Origin: Chiloscyllium plagiosum
Taxonomy: Eukaryota
Assembly (NCBI RefSeq): GCF_004010195.1
Contig: NC_057755.1
Coordinates: forward strand, 7,516,501 to 7,549,969
Length of the DNA stretch: 33,469 bases
Direction: 5' to 3'
Shown in pieces: positions 1 to 9,859 of the stretch; positions within the stretch are counted from its first letter, which is position 1, and every line of letters starts with the position of its first letter. The notes below the pieces were generated by a model that made no database searches, had not been told where the DNA came from, and saw nothing but the letters and a program-made list of their open reading frames with translations. Both the position numbers and the translations under genes were made by a program.

Positions 1-436
1 GTGGCTGATCATACAATCTCAGTATCCCACTCCCGCCCTCTCCCCACCTTGACACCCAGGTCTTGTTGACCCTCATCTTTACCTAAACTGCCATTATTCA
101 GTAGATCATCTCACATTTATCCATATTTTCTTGCATTTGCAGGTGTTTGCTCTCTCAGCCAGTCTGCTCCAGTCACCCTGCAGCCAGTCAGCATCCTCCA
201 CATAGCACACACTGCCACCCAGCTTCGTGTCATCTGCAAATTTAGAGACATTGCATTCAATTCAATTAATCCAAATCTTTAATGCATATTGTGAGCAGCT
301 GAGGTACCTGCGGTACCCCACTTGTCACTGCCTGCTACTCTGAAAAGGAACCTTTTATTCCAACTCACTGTTTCTTGCCTGCTAACCTGATTTCTATCCA
401 CGTCAATTACCTCTGATGCCATGACTTCTAACTTTA
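1..436 (-). mobile_element. Old CR1-clade LINE (copy A), 3' portion with internal deletion
   Basis: Minus strand at ~208-241 reads FADDTKLGGSV (RT catalytic motif). Positions 1-50 resemble a CR1 3' end. The element resumes at 2041 after the inserted copy B. Confidence 0.75.
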
Positions 437-1238
437 GATCATAGAACATAGAACAATCCAGCGCAGAACAGGTCCTTCGGCCCTCGATGTTGTGCTGACC
501 TGTGAACTATTCTCAGCTCTTCCACCTACGCAAACTCAAAATCATCCTTGTGCTTATCTAAGGATTGTGTAAATCTCCCTAATGTGGCTGAGTTGACTGC
601 ATTGGCAGGTAGGGCATTCCATGCCCTTACCACTCTCTGCATAAAGAACCTGACTCTGACATCTGTCTTAAATATATCACCCCTCAATTTGTAGTTATGC
701 CCCCTTGTACAAGCTGACGCCATCATCCTAGGAAAAAGACTTTCACTGTCTACCCTATCTAATCCCTTTGTATGTCTGCATCAAACCCCCTCTGAGCCTT
801 CTTCTTTCCACTGAAAACAGACCCAAGTCTCTCAGCCTTTCCTCATAAGACCTCCCCTCCAGACCAGGCAATATTCTGGTAAGTCTCCTCTGAATCTTTG
901 CCAATGCTTCCAAACCTTCCTGAAATATGGGGCCCAGAACTGTACACAATATTCCAAGTGTGGACGCACTAGCATTTTGTATAGCGACAGCATGATATTG
1001 CGGCTCCGGAACTCAATCCCTCTCCAAATGAAAACTAACACACCGTATGCCTCCTTAACAGCACTATCCACCTGGGTGGCAACTTTCAGGGATCTATGTG
1101 CATGAACTCCAAGATTGCTCTGCATATCCATACTACTAAGAATCTTTCCATTGACCTAGTACTCTGCCTTCCTGTTATTCTTCCCAAAGTGCAGCACTTC
1201 ACATTTAGCTTCATTGAACTTGATTTGCCACCTCTCAG

Positions 1239-1452
1239 GAGGAGAAAGTGAGGTCTGCAGATGCTGGAAATCAGAGCTGAAAATGTGTTGCTGGAACAGC
1301 GCAGCAGGTCAGGCAGCATCCAGGGAACAAGAGAATCGACGTTTCGGGCATAAGGCCTTCCTGAAGAAGGGCTTATGCCCGAAACGTCGATTCTCTTGTT
1401 CCCTGGATGCTTCCTGACCTGCTGCACTGTTCCAGCAACACATTTTCAGCTC
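1239..1452. mobile_element. Foldback PLE-derived short element with hammerhead core and 14-bp TSD
   Basis: Inverted arms ~1273-1360 and ~1366-1453. TSD ttgccacctctcag at 1225-1238 and 1453-1466. Interrupts ORF2 of LINE B. Confidence 0.85.
1361..1388 (+). ncRNA. Minimal type I hammerhead ribozyme core (family A)
   Basis: CTGAAGA-A-GGGC-TTAT-GCCC-GAAA-CG-TC matches CUGANGA, stem II, GAAA and a UH site; ACGT palindrome in place of stem III. Confidence 0.75.
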
Positions 1453-3662
1453 TTGCCACCTCTCAGCCCAACTCTGCAGTTTATCCATGTCCCCCTGCAA
1501 CCTGTACATTCTTCCACATTGTCCACTACTCTACCAACTTTCGTGTCGTCTGCAAATGTAATTATCCATCCACCTATGCCTGCGTCTAAGAGATTTATAA
1601 AAAATGGCAGCCAGCAATGTTTCCCAAAACAGATCCTTGTGGCACACCATTAGTAACTGGACTCCAGACTGAATATTTTCCATCAAGCACTACTTTCTGC
1701 CTTCTTTCAGAAAGACAGTTTCTAATCCAAACTGCTAAATCACCCTCAATTCCATGCCTCTGCATTTTCTCCAATAGCCTACCATGTTGAACCTTATCAA
1801 AGGCTTTACTGAAGTCCATGTAGACCATATCAACTGCCCCACCCTCATTTACATGCTTGGTTATCTTCTCAAAAAACTCAATAAGGTTTATGAGACATGA
1901 CCTGCCCTTGATGAAACCATGTTGACTATCTGAAATCAAATTGTTGCTTGCTTGATGATTATAAATCTTATCTCTTATAATCCTTTCCAAAACCATTCCT
2001 GTAACAGAAGAAAGGCTCACTGGTGTATAATTACCTGGATTAACATTCCTTAATAATCTGTTGTGTGGAACTTTGTCAAATGTCCAGAAACACAACAGCC
2101 ACTGATTCAATCTTTTCCATGCTACTGGTTACATCCTCAAAAAAGAACACAAGATTTGTCAGGCATGATTTCCTCTCAGTGAAACCATGCAGACTTCTTC
2201 TGACCCTGACACCGCTTTCCAGTTCCTCTGTTATTACATCTGTAATCTTCGACTCCAACATTTTCCCCATCACCGATATCAGGCTAACCTGTCTGTAATT
2301 GCTTGTGTTCTCCTCTTTTTTTGAACAATGGGCCTTTACATAGTCTGGGATACAGTGCGTCAGACTCTTGGGGACATATTGGGTTTTAATTCCATCAATT
2401 CCCCAATACCATTTCCTGACAGTTAAGGATTTCCTTTAATTCCTCCTTCATGCTTGGTCCTCTATCCCATAGCATTTCTGGAAGATTATTTGCTTCGTCC
2501 TTGGTGAAGACTGGCCCAAAGTAGTTGATCCAACGGTATGTCATCTCTTTGATTTCCATTATAAATCCACATGACTCTAACGGCAAGGGACCCATACGTG
2601 TCTTCACCAGCCTTTTTCTTTTCACATATCGACAGAAACTTGTGCAGTCAGTTTTTTTTAATGTTTTACACAAGCTTACACTTGCATTCTATTTTCTCTT
2701 TCAGAATTAAATCCTTTGTACTCATCTGCTGGAATTTAAATTTCTCCAAGTCCTCAGTTTTGCTGATAACTTTTCTGAACACTTTGTACGCCTCCTCATT
2801 TTCTTTAACACGATCTGTGATTCCCTTGTTAGCCATGGTTGAGCCATGTTCCCAGATTTATGCTTTTCAACATAGGGGTGCGCAATCGTTGAGTTTCATC
2901 GACATGTTCTACAACTGTTTGCCATTGCCTATCCACCATCAAACTCTTAAGTATCCTTGGCCAGTTGATCCCAGCCAATCCATGCCTCATACCATCAAAG
3001 TTAGATCTCTTTAAGTTCAAAAGTCCAGTCCCAGATGTAACTGTGTCACTCTCTGTCTTAATGAAGAATTCTACCATAGTATGACCATGCTTACCCAAAG
3101 GATCTCCCATCACAAAGTTGCTAATTAATCCCCTCTCCTTAAACCACACCCAGTCTCGGATGGCTTCGTCTCTCATTGGTTCTCAACATATGAGACGAGA
3201 ACACCATCCCCTCTATATTCCAAGAAATCTTCCACCATCTCATTGCTACCAGTTTGATTAGATTGAAATTCCCTATAACTGCCACACCCTTATTTCAATA
3301 CCTGTAATATTCTGTTTTATGCAATCCCCATATGCACAACTATTGTTTGATGGTTTGTACACAATTCCCACAAATGTCTTTTCTTATCCACAGCTCCACG
3401 CATACTGATTCTACATCGTCCAGACCAATGTCCTTCTTTAGAATTGTGTTAACCTCTTTCTTAACCAACAACCTTCCACTGACCTCCTTTCATTTCCATC
3501 GATCTTTCCTGATGATTGAATGTTTGTGGATGTCGAGTTCCCATCCTTTGTCAGCCTGGAGCCCGGTCTCTGTGATCCCAATTACTCGAAATCATTAATA
3601 ACTGTTTGTGCAGTAAAATCTTCCACCTTATTAAAAATTATCATTGAAACACAGGGACTTCA

Positions 3663-3891
3663 GAGCTTAAAAATGTGTTGCTGGAAAAGCGCAGCAGGTC
3701 AGGCAGCGTCAAAAGAGCAGAAGAATCGATGTTTCGGGCATAAGCCCTTCTTCAGGGCTTCTTCCTGATGAAGGGCTTATGCCCGAAACGTCGATTCTCC
3801 TGCTCCTTTGATGCTGCCTGACCTGCTACGCTTTTCCAGCAACACATTTTTAAGCTCTGATCTTCAGCATCTGCAGTCCTCACTTTCTCCT
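3663..3891. mobile_element. Foldback PLE-derived short element with hammerhead cores on both strands and 14-bp TSD
   Basis: Arms ~3661-3755 and ~3765-3859. TSD acacagggacttca at 3649-3662 and 3892-3905. Same family as 1239-1452, opposite orientation. Confidence 0.85.
3765..3792 (+). ncRNA. Minimal type I hammerhead ribozyme core (family A)
   Basis: CTGATGA-A-GGGC-TTAT-GCCC-GAAA-CG-TC. Mirror copy on minus at 3728-3755 (CTGAAGAAGGGCTTATGCCCGAAACATC). Confidence 0.78.
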
Positions 3892-4847
3892 ACACAGGGA
3901 CTTCAACCACGTTTCCTTTTTGACTTCTATTGCTCTTTTAGAGTAATGTTGTAATATGACCCTTTTTGGATTTTATCTTTTATCGCTCTGCCTTCCATTT
4001 TCACCGTTCCCATACTGCCTTTGGTTTATGTTACCGCGTTCCTTCCCTCCGACTTCCTGAGCTGGTTTCCCTCCCCCTGCCGTATTTGCTAAAACCACCT
4101 TCAGACCTCCTCAAAGAGCCAAGATGAAGCTTTGCTGAGGTGTACAGTCTCCTTTGCTGAGGTGTACAACATCCAGCTCCTCCTACTCCCCGCTACCAAA
4201 CAGCCAAAAATAACCTGTGTCTACCAAGAGCAGTTGAGTCACCTGGAACAACATGGAACAGAATAGTTTGAAAGAAAATCAACAGTGAGGAGCAGCAAAG
4301 GGGAGAGCTCCAGTGCTGCAGAGATGGAGAATCGACAAAGATCTGTTATTTTACTGTTGCTTATTTCAGTCAACTTCCTTATATCATGTGCAATGTTAAT
4401 GTTTTATTGCATATGGAACCAGATGTGGTTCATTTGTATATCATTTTGGGTTTTTTGGTTTGAGTTGGAACTAAGTTTCATGCTGCAGCTCCTCAGTTGC
4501 TATATGAGCACTGGGATTTATACCATGACCCAGACAAAGTTCAGAGAGCAGCTGTAGATTATCTGGTTACTCTAATTCTCCATTTAATTCGTCAATGACT
4601 AGCACTGAGTCAGGAAGTCCAATGTTGTTCCAGCAGCAGGACGTGTGATAGCGTTGAGCAGGAGGTTGGTCACAAGGTTACATATTTGGCGGTTGCTTTA
4701 CCTGAAACACTACTCGGGTAGTGTCCCTCACCCATCCTCCTCCTTTAACCAAAATAAGAGTTCTGTGCGTCAGTTGGTAAGGTGGTAAGTGTTTTCTTTT
4801 GTGTTTCATTTTTACAGCGGATTGTTTGGGAATTTAAAATAGTGGGA

Positions 4848-5775
4848 ATGGAGGTTAGGACCGTTGAATGTTCCTCCTGCAGTATGTGGGAGGTAAGGGT
4901 CACCTATAGTGTCCCTGCTGATCTCATTTGTGCGAAGTGCACCCAACCTGTGCTCCACAACAACTACATTATGGAACTGGAACTGGAGTTGGATGATCTC
5001 CGGATCATTCAGAAGGTGGAAGGGGTTATTGAGTGGAGTTACAAGCAGGTAGTTACTCCACAGCCACATGACAAAGGCAGATGTGTTACCGTCAGGAGTA
5101 GGAAATGGAACCGGCAGGCAGTGCAGGGATCTCCTGTGGTGGTTCCCTTCAACAACAAGTATAGCATTTTGGATACTGTTGGGGAAGACACACCAGGGGT
5201 AAGCAATGTGGCACAGGTCTCTGAGGCAGAGTCTGGAGCTGCTGCTCAGAAGGGAAGGAGGGAAGTGGTGCAGATCTTTAGTCATTGGGGACTCCATAGT
5301 TACAGGGACAGATAGAAGGTTTTGTGGGAATCAGAGGGACTCATGATTAGTTTGTTGCCAGTTACCAGTGCTTGTATTTTCTCTGATCATGGTTTTAGGG
5401 ATTGCTGAAGAGGAGGGAGAGCGGCCCCAAGTTGTGGTCCACGTAAGCACCAATGACAGTTAGAAAGAAAGGGGGTGGGTATCTAAGGCAGGAATTCGGG
5501 GAGCTGGGGTGGAAGCTTAGAGCTAGACAAAACAGAGTTGTTGTATGTGGCTTGTTGCCCGAGCATGTGCTTGTGAAGCGAGGAATAGAGAGAGGAGTTG
5601 AACACATGGCTACAGGGAAGGTGCAGGAGGAAGGGTTTTGGATTCTTGGATAATTGGAGCTCTTTCTGGGGAATATTGGACCTCTACAAACTGGATGTTC
5701 TTCACCTGAACCATACCGGAACAATATTTGGGGGGAGGGGTTGGAATTTGCTAATGCTCTTCGAGGGGTTTAAAT
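4848..5775 (+). pseudogene. CR1 ORF1 (CxxC..CxxC zinc finger, coiled coil, SGNH/GDSL esterase), frameshifted
   Basis: VECSSCSMWEV...CAKC, ELELELDDLR, VIGDSIV (5281-5301), VVVHVSTND (~5431), LDVLHLN. Confidence 0.85.
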
Positions 5776-6196
5776 TAATGCTGCAGGCGGGTGTGATCCT
5801 GAATTGCAGTTCCATTGTACCGGAGGTTGAGGGTAGTGAGCTCAGGGATAGGTTTACAAGGTCGCGAGAGGGCACCGGCAATCAGCATGTTGGTGTCAAA
5901 TGTGTGTACTTCAATGTCAGGAGCATCCGGGGTAAGACTGGGGATTTTGCAGCATGGGTTGGTACCTGAGATTTCGATGTTGTTGCCATGTCAGAGACAT
6001 GGCTAGAGCAGGGACAGGAATGGTTGATACAGGTTCTGGGATTTACAAGTTTCAGCAAGAACATAGAAAATGGTAAAAGGCGGGGTGTGGCGTTGTTAGT
6101 CAAGCATAGTATTACAACAGCTGAGGACTCATCCACTGAGGTAGCACGGGCTGAAGGCAGAAACAGGACAGGAGAGGTCACCCTGCTGAGAGGTTC

Positions 6197-6867
6197 CTAT
6201 AGGCCTCCGAATGTTTCCAGAGATGTAGAGGAAAGGATAGCAAAGATGATTCTCGATAGGAGCGAGAGTAACAGGGAGTTGTTATGGGGGACTTTAACCT
6301 CCCCAATATTGACTGGGATTTCTATAGTTGAAGTAGTTAAGATGGGTCATATTTTGTCCAAGGTGTGCAGGCAGTGTTCCTGACACAGTATGTAGACAGG
6401 CCAACAAGGAGTGAGGCCACCTTGGATTTGGTACTGGGGAATTAACTCGGCTAGCTGTTAGACTTGGAGATGGTGAGCACTTTGGCGACAGTGACCATAA
6501 TTCGGTTATGTTTACAATAGCGATAGGTACATACAGCAAGGAAAGAGGTATAACTGGGGTAAGGGCAATTATGATGGCATTAGGCAAGATTTAGGATGCA
6601 TAGGATGGGGAAGGAAACTACAGGGAATGGACACACTTGAAATGTGTATCTTATTCAAGGAACAGCTCCTGCAAATCCTTGATAAGTATAGGGCAGCACG
6701 GTGGCTCAGTGGTTAGCACTTCTGCCTCACAGCACCAGGGCCCCAGGTTCCATTCTGACCTCGGGCGACTGTCTGTGGGGAGTTTGCAAATTCTCCCCGC
6801 GTCTGTGTGGGTTTCCTCCAGGTGCTCCGGTTTCCTCCCACAGTCCAAAGATGTGCAGGTCAGGTAA
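6197..6867 (+). repeat. Donor copy of ~670-bp direct duplication
   Basis: Matches 7757-8425 apart from about 3 substitutions and a 2-bp indel. Confidence 0.95.
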
Positions 6868-7007
6868 ATTGGTCATGCTAAGTTGCCCATAGTGATAGAT
6901 GCATCGTTTCAGAGGGAAATGGTACTGGGTGGGTTACTCTTCGGAGGGTCGGTGTGGACTTGTTTGGCCAAAGGGCCTGTTTCCACACTGTAGGGAACCT
7001 AATCTAA
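6691..7007 (+). mobile_element. tRNA-derived V-SINE (HE1-like)
   Basis: A box TGGCTCAGTGG, B-box-like GGTTCCATTC, V-domain core ctccccgcgtctgtgtgggtttcctccaggtgctccggtttcctccca, CR1-like 3' tail gggcctgtttccacactgta. Confidence 0.9.
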
Positions 7008-7756
7008 TATGTCTACCAGGCAGGGAGTTAGTTGTTGTGAGAAGGAGCCATGGTTTACTAAAGAAGTTGCAGGTATTGTCAAGAGGAAGAAGGCGGCTGA
7101 GGTGAGATTGAGGCATGAAGGCTCAGTCAGCATGAGAGTAATAAGTTAGCCCGAAAAGATCTAAGAAGAGCCAAGAGGGGACATGAGAGGGTGTTGGTGG
7201 ATAGGATTAAGGAAAATCCTAATGCCTTCTATCAGGTATATCAGGAATAAAAGAATGACTCGATTAAGATTACGGCAAATCAAAGATAGTAGTGGAAACT
7301 TGTATGTGGAATATGAGCACTTAATGAATACTTTTCGTCAGTGTTCACATTGGAAAAGGGCAATGTTAGTGAGAATACAGAGATACAGGCACTAGATTAG
7401 ATGGGATTGCATTCGACAAAAAGGAGGTTTTAGCAATTTTCGAAGGTCTGAAAATAGATAAGTCCGCTGGGCCGGATGTGGTTTTTCCTCGGATTCTCTA
7501 GGAAGCCATGGAAGAGATTTCAGTCTTTGGCTTCAGTCTTTATTTCCTCATTGTCTGCAGGAGTAGTACCAGGGGGCTTCGGATAGCAAATGTTCCGATG
7601 TTTAAGAAGGGGAGTCGGACAACCCTGGAAATTATAGGCCAGAGAGCTTTACTTTGGTTGTGGTTAAAGTGTTGGAAAATGGCTATGAAAGATAGGATTT
7701 ATAATCACCTGGAAAGGAATAATTTGACTTGGGATTGTTAACTTAATGAAAACATT

Positions 7757-8425
7757 CTATAGGCCTCCGAATGTTTCCAGAGATGTAGAAAAGGATAGCA
7801 AAGATGAATCTCGATAGGAGCGAGAGTAACAGGGAGTTGTTATGGGGGACTTTAACCTCCCCAATATTGACTGGGATTTCTATAGTTGAAGTAGTTAAGA
7901 TGGGTCATATTTTGTCCAAGGTGTGCAGGCGGTGTTCCTGACACAGTATGTAGACAGGCCAACAAGGAGTGAGGCCACCTTGGATTTGGTACTGGGGAAT
8001 TAACTCGGCTAGCTGTTAGACTTGGAGATGGTGAGCACTTTGGCGACAGTGACCATAATTCGGTTATGTTTACAATAGCGATAGGTACATACAGCAAGGA
8101 AAGAGGTATAACTGGGGTAAGGGCAATTATGATGGCATTAGGCAAGATTTAGGATGCATAGGATGGGGAAGGAAACTACAGGGAATGGACACACTTGAAA
8201 TGTGTATCTTATTCAAGGAACAGCTCCTGCAAATCCTTGATAAGTATAGGGCAGCACGGTGGCTCAGTGGTTAGCACTTCTGCCTCACAGCACCAGGGCC
8301 CCAGGTTCCATTCTGACCTCGGGCGACTGTCTGTGGGGAGTTTGCAAATTCTCCCCGTGTCTGTGTGGGTTTCCTCCAGGTGCTCCGGTTTCCTCCCACA
8401 GTCCAAAGATGTGCAGGTCAGGTAA
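7757..8425 (+). repeat. Inserted copy of 6197-6867 (LINE endonuclease segment plus 5' half of SINE)
   Basis: Direct comparison. The copy interrupts the SQHGF region of LINE C ORF2. Confidence 0.95.
8249..8425 (+). mobile_element. 3'-truncated HE1-like SINE carried by the duplication
   Basis: Near-identical to 6691-6867. Confidence 0.9.
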
Positions 8426-9565
8426 TGTTCTGTTAATGATAAATCATGCCTCACTAACCTAATTGTGTTCTTCGAGAAGATGACAAAACAGGTGGATGAA
8501 GGCAAAGCGGTTGATGTGGTGTCTGTGGACTTCATTAAGGTGTTTAATCAGGTTCCACACAGTAGGCTAGTGCGCAAAATATAGAGTTATGAGATTGAGG
8601 GTGATTTAGTGGTTTGGATCAGAAATTTGTGAGTTGAAAGAAGACAGAGAATGGTTTTCTTTTGAGAAATATTCATTCTGGAGTTGAGATACCAGCAGTG
8701 TGTTGCAAGGATCTGTTTTCGGGCCACTGCTGTTTTTGCCATTTTCATAAATGATCTGGATGTCTGCGTCGTAGCATGGGTTAGTAAAATTGCAAAAGAC
8801 AATAAGGTAGGCAGAGTTCTCAATAATGCCACAGAATGTTGTGGGTTGCAGAGGGACAGAGATAAGATGCAGAGTTGAGCAGAAAACTGGCAAATGGAGT
8901 TTATTGTGGAAAAGTTTGAGGTAGTTCACATTGGAAGAAGTAATAGGAATGCAGAGTACTGGGCTAATGGTAAAATTCGTGAGAGTATAGATGAACAGAG
9001 GCATCTTGGCGTCCTGGTGCATAAATCCCTGAAAGTAGCCACCCAGGTTGATAGGGTTGATAAGAAAGCATTTGGTGTGTTAATGTTTATTGTAGGGGAA
9101 TTGCGTTTCTGAGATACAAGATACTGGTAAGGTCGCACCTGGAGTATTATGTGCAGTTCTGGTCACCACATTATGGAAAGGATGTGGAAGCTTTGGAAAG
9201 GTTTCAGAAGAGATTTGTGAGAATGTTACCTGGTATGGAAGGAAGTTCGTATGGGGAAAGGCTGAGGGAACTGGGGCTGTTTTTGTTGGAGAGAAGTTTG
9301 AGAGTTGACTTTATCAAGACGTATCAGATAGTTAGATTGGGTGAACAGTGAAAGCCTTTTCCCTTGAATGGTGAAGGCTAAGACGACGGGACATAACATT
9401 AAATGAGGGGTGATAGATTTAGGACAGATATTAGGAGTAGTTTCTTCACTGAGAGAGTATTAGGGGTGTGGAACAACCTGCCTGCAACAGTCGTAGTCTT
9501 GCTGACGTTAAGTGAATTTAAATGGGTATTGGACACGCATATGTATAATAACGGATCGGTGTAAA

Positions 9566-9765
9566 TCATTGTCACCGAGTACAGTGGGGGACAGAAAGTT
9601 AAATGTCTTCAAAGCAGACATGGATAAATTCATAAACTCACAAGGAATTAAGGGATATGGGGAGAGTACGGGTTAGTGACATTGAAATGCCCATCAGCCA
9701 TGATTGAATGGTGGAGTGGACCCATGGGCCAAAGGGCCTTACTTCCACTTCTATGTCTTATGTGT
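9566..9765 (+). mobile_element. Short CR1 3'-end fragment of another subfamily inserted in the 3' UTR of LINE C
   Basis: atcagccatgattgaatggtggagtggac...gggccaaagggcc...tatgtcttatg tail; gtgta present on both sides. Confidence 0.65.
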
Positions 9766-9859
9766 ATATTAGATGGGCATCAGATTATTTTCAAAGGTCA
9801 GCGCAACATCGAGGGCTGAGTGGCTGAATGGCTGTACTGCACTGTAAGGTTCTATGTTC

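Larger units (their letters stand above)
437..2040 (-). mobile_element. 5'-truncated CR1/HER1-like LINE (copy B) with 3' UTR and (TTCTATG)-like tail, inserted into copy A
   Basis: Frameshifted ORF2 pieces NPGNYTPVSLSSV, QHGFIKGRSCLINL, DFSKAFDKV, GVPQGSVLG, RPHLEYCVQFWAP, RGHNYKL, VVRAWNALP. Tail atagaacatagaaca at 441-455. Confidence 0.9.
2041..4095 (-). mobile_element. Old CR1-clade LINE (copy A), continuation: N-terminal RT, tether, endonuclease and ORF1/ORF2 junction
   Basis: FDKVPHNRLL, SLHGFTERKSCLTNL, RYVKRKR, LNLKRSNFDGMR, PLGKHGHTMVEF (decayed SDH region). Heavily decayed. Confidence 0.8.
5778..9560 (+). pseudogene. CR1 ORF2 (APE endonuclease plus reverse transcriptase), many stops and frameshifts
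   Basis: CVYFNVRSIRGK, SETW, GDFN (~6287), SDH (~6490), FAIFINDL, decayed FADD (IAKDNK), QFWSPHYGKDV. Confidence 0.85.
4660..9859 (+). mobile_element. Near full-length decayed CR1/HER1-like LINE (copy C)
   Basis: 5' UTR, ORF1 from ATG 4848, ORF2 from ~5778, 3' UTR ending gttctatgttc at ~9859. Interrupted by a SINE (6691-7007), a duplication (7757-8425) and a foreign CR1 3' end (~9566-9765). Confidence 0.9.

Noticed and set aside
1239..1452. MITE or DNA-transposon interpretation of the palindromes
   Set aside because: The inverted arms are asymmetric and do not reach both termini, junctions differ per copy, a longer non-inverted relative exists at 26475-26810, and the centre is a PLE-type hammerhead.
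4130..4168. 17-bp direct repeat ctttgctgaggtgtaca with a 5-nt spacer
   Set aside because: Only two units; a local micro-duplication, not an array or CRISPR.
6691..6770. tRNA genes (also at 8249, 24600-24663 and 31261)
   Set aside because: A and B boxes are followed by the V-SINE core and LINE-like tail. These are SINE heads without a complete cloverleaf.
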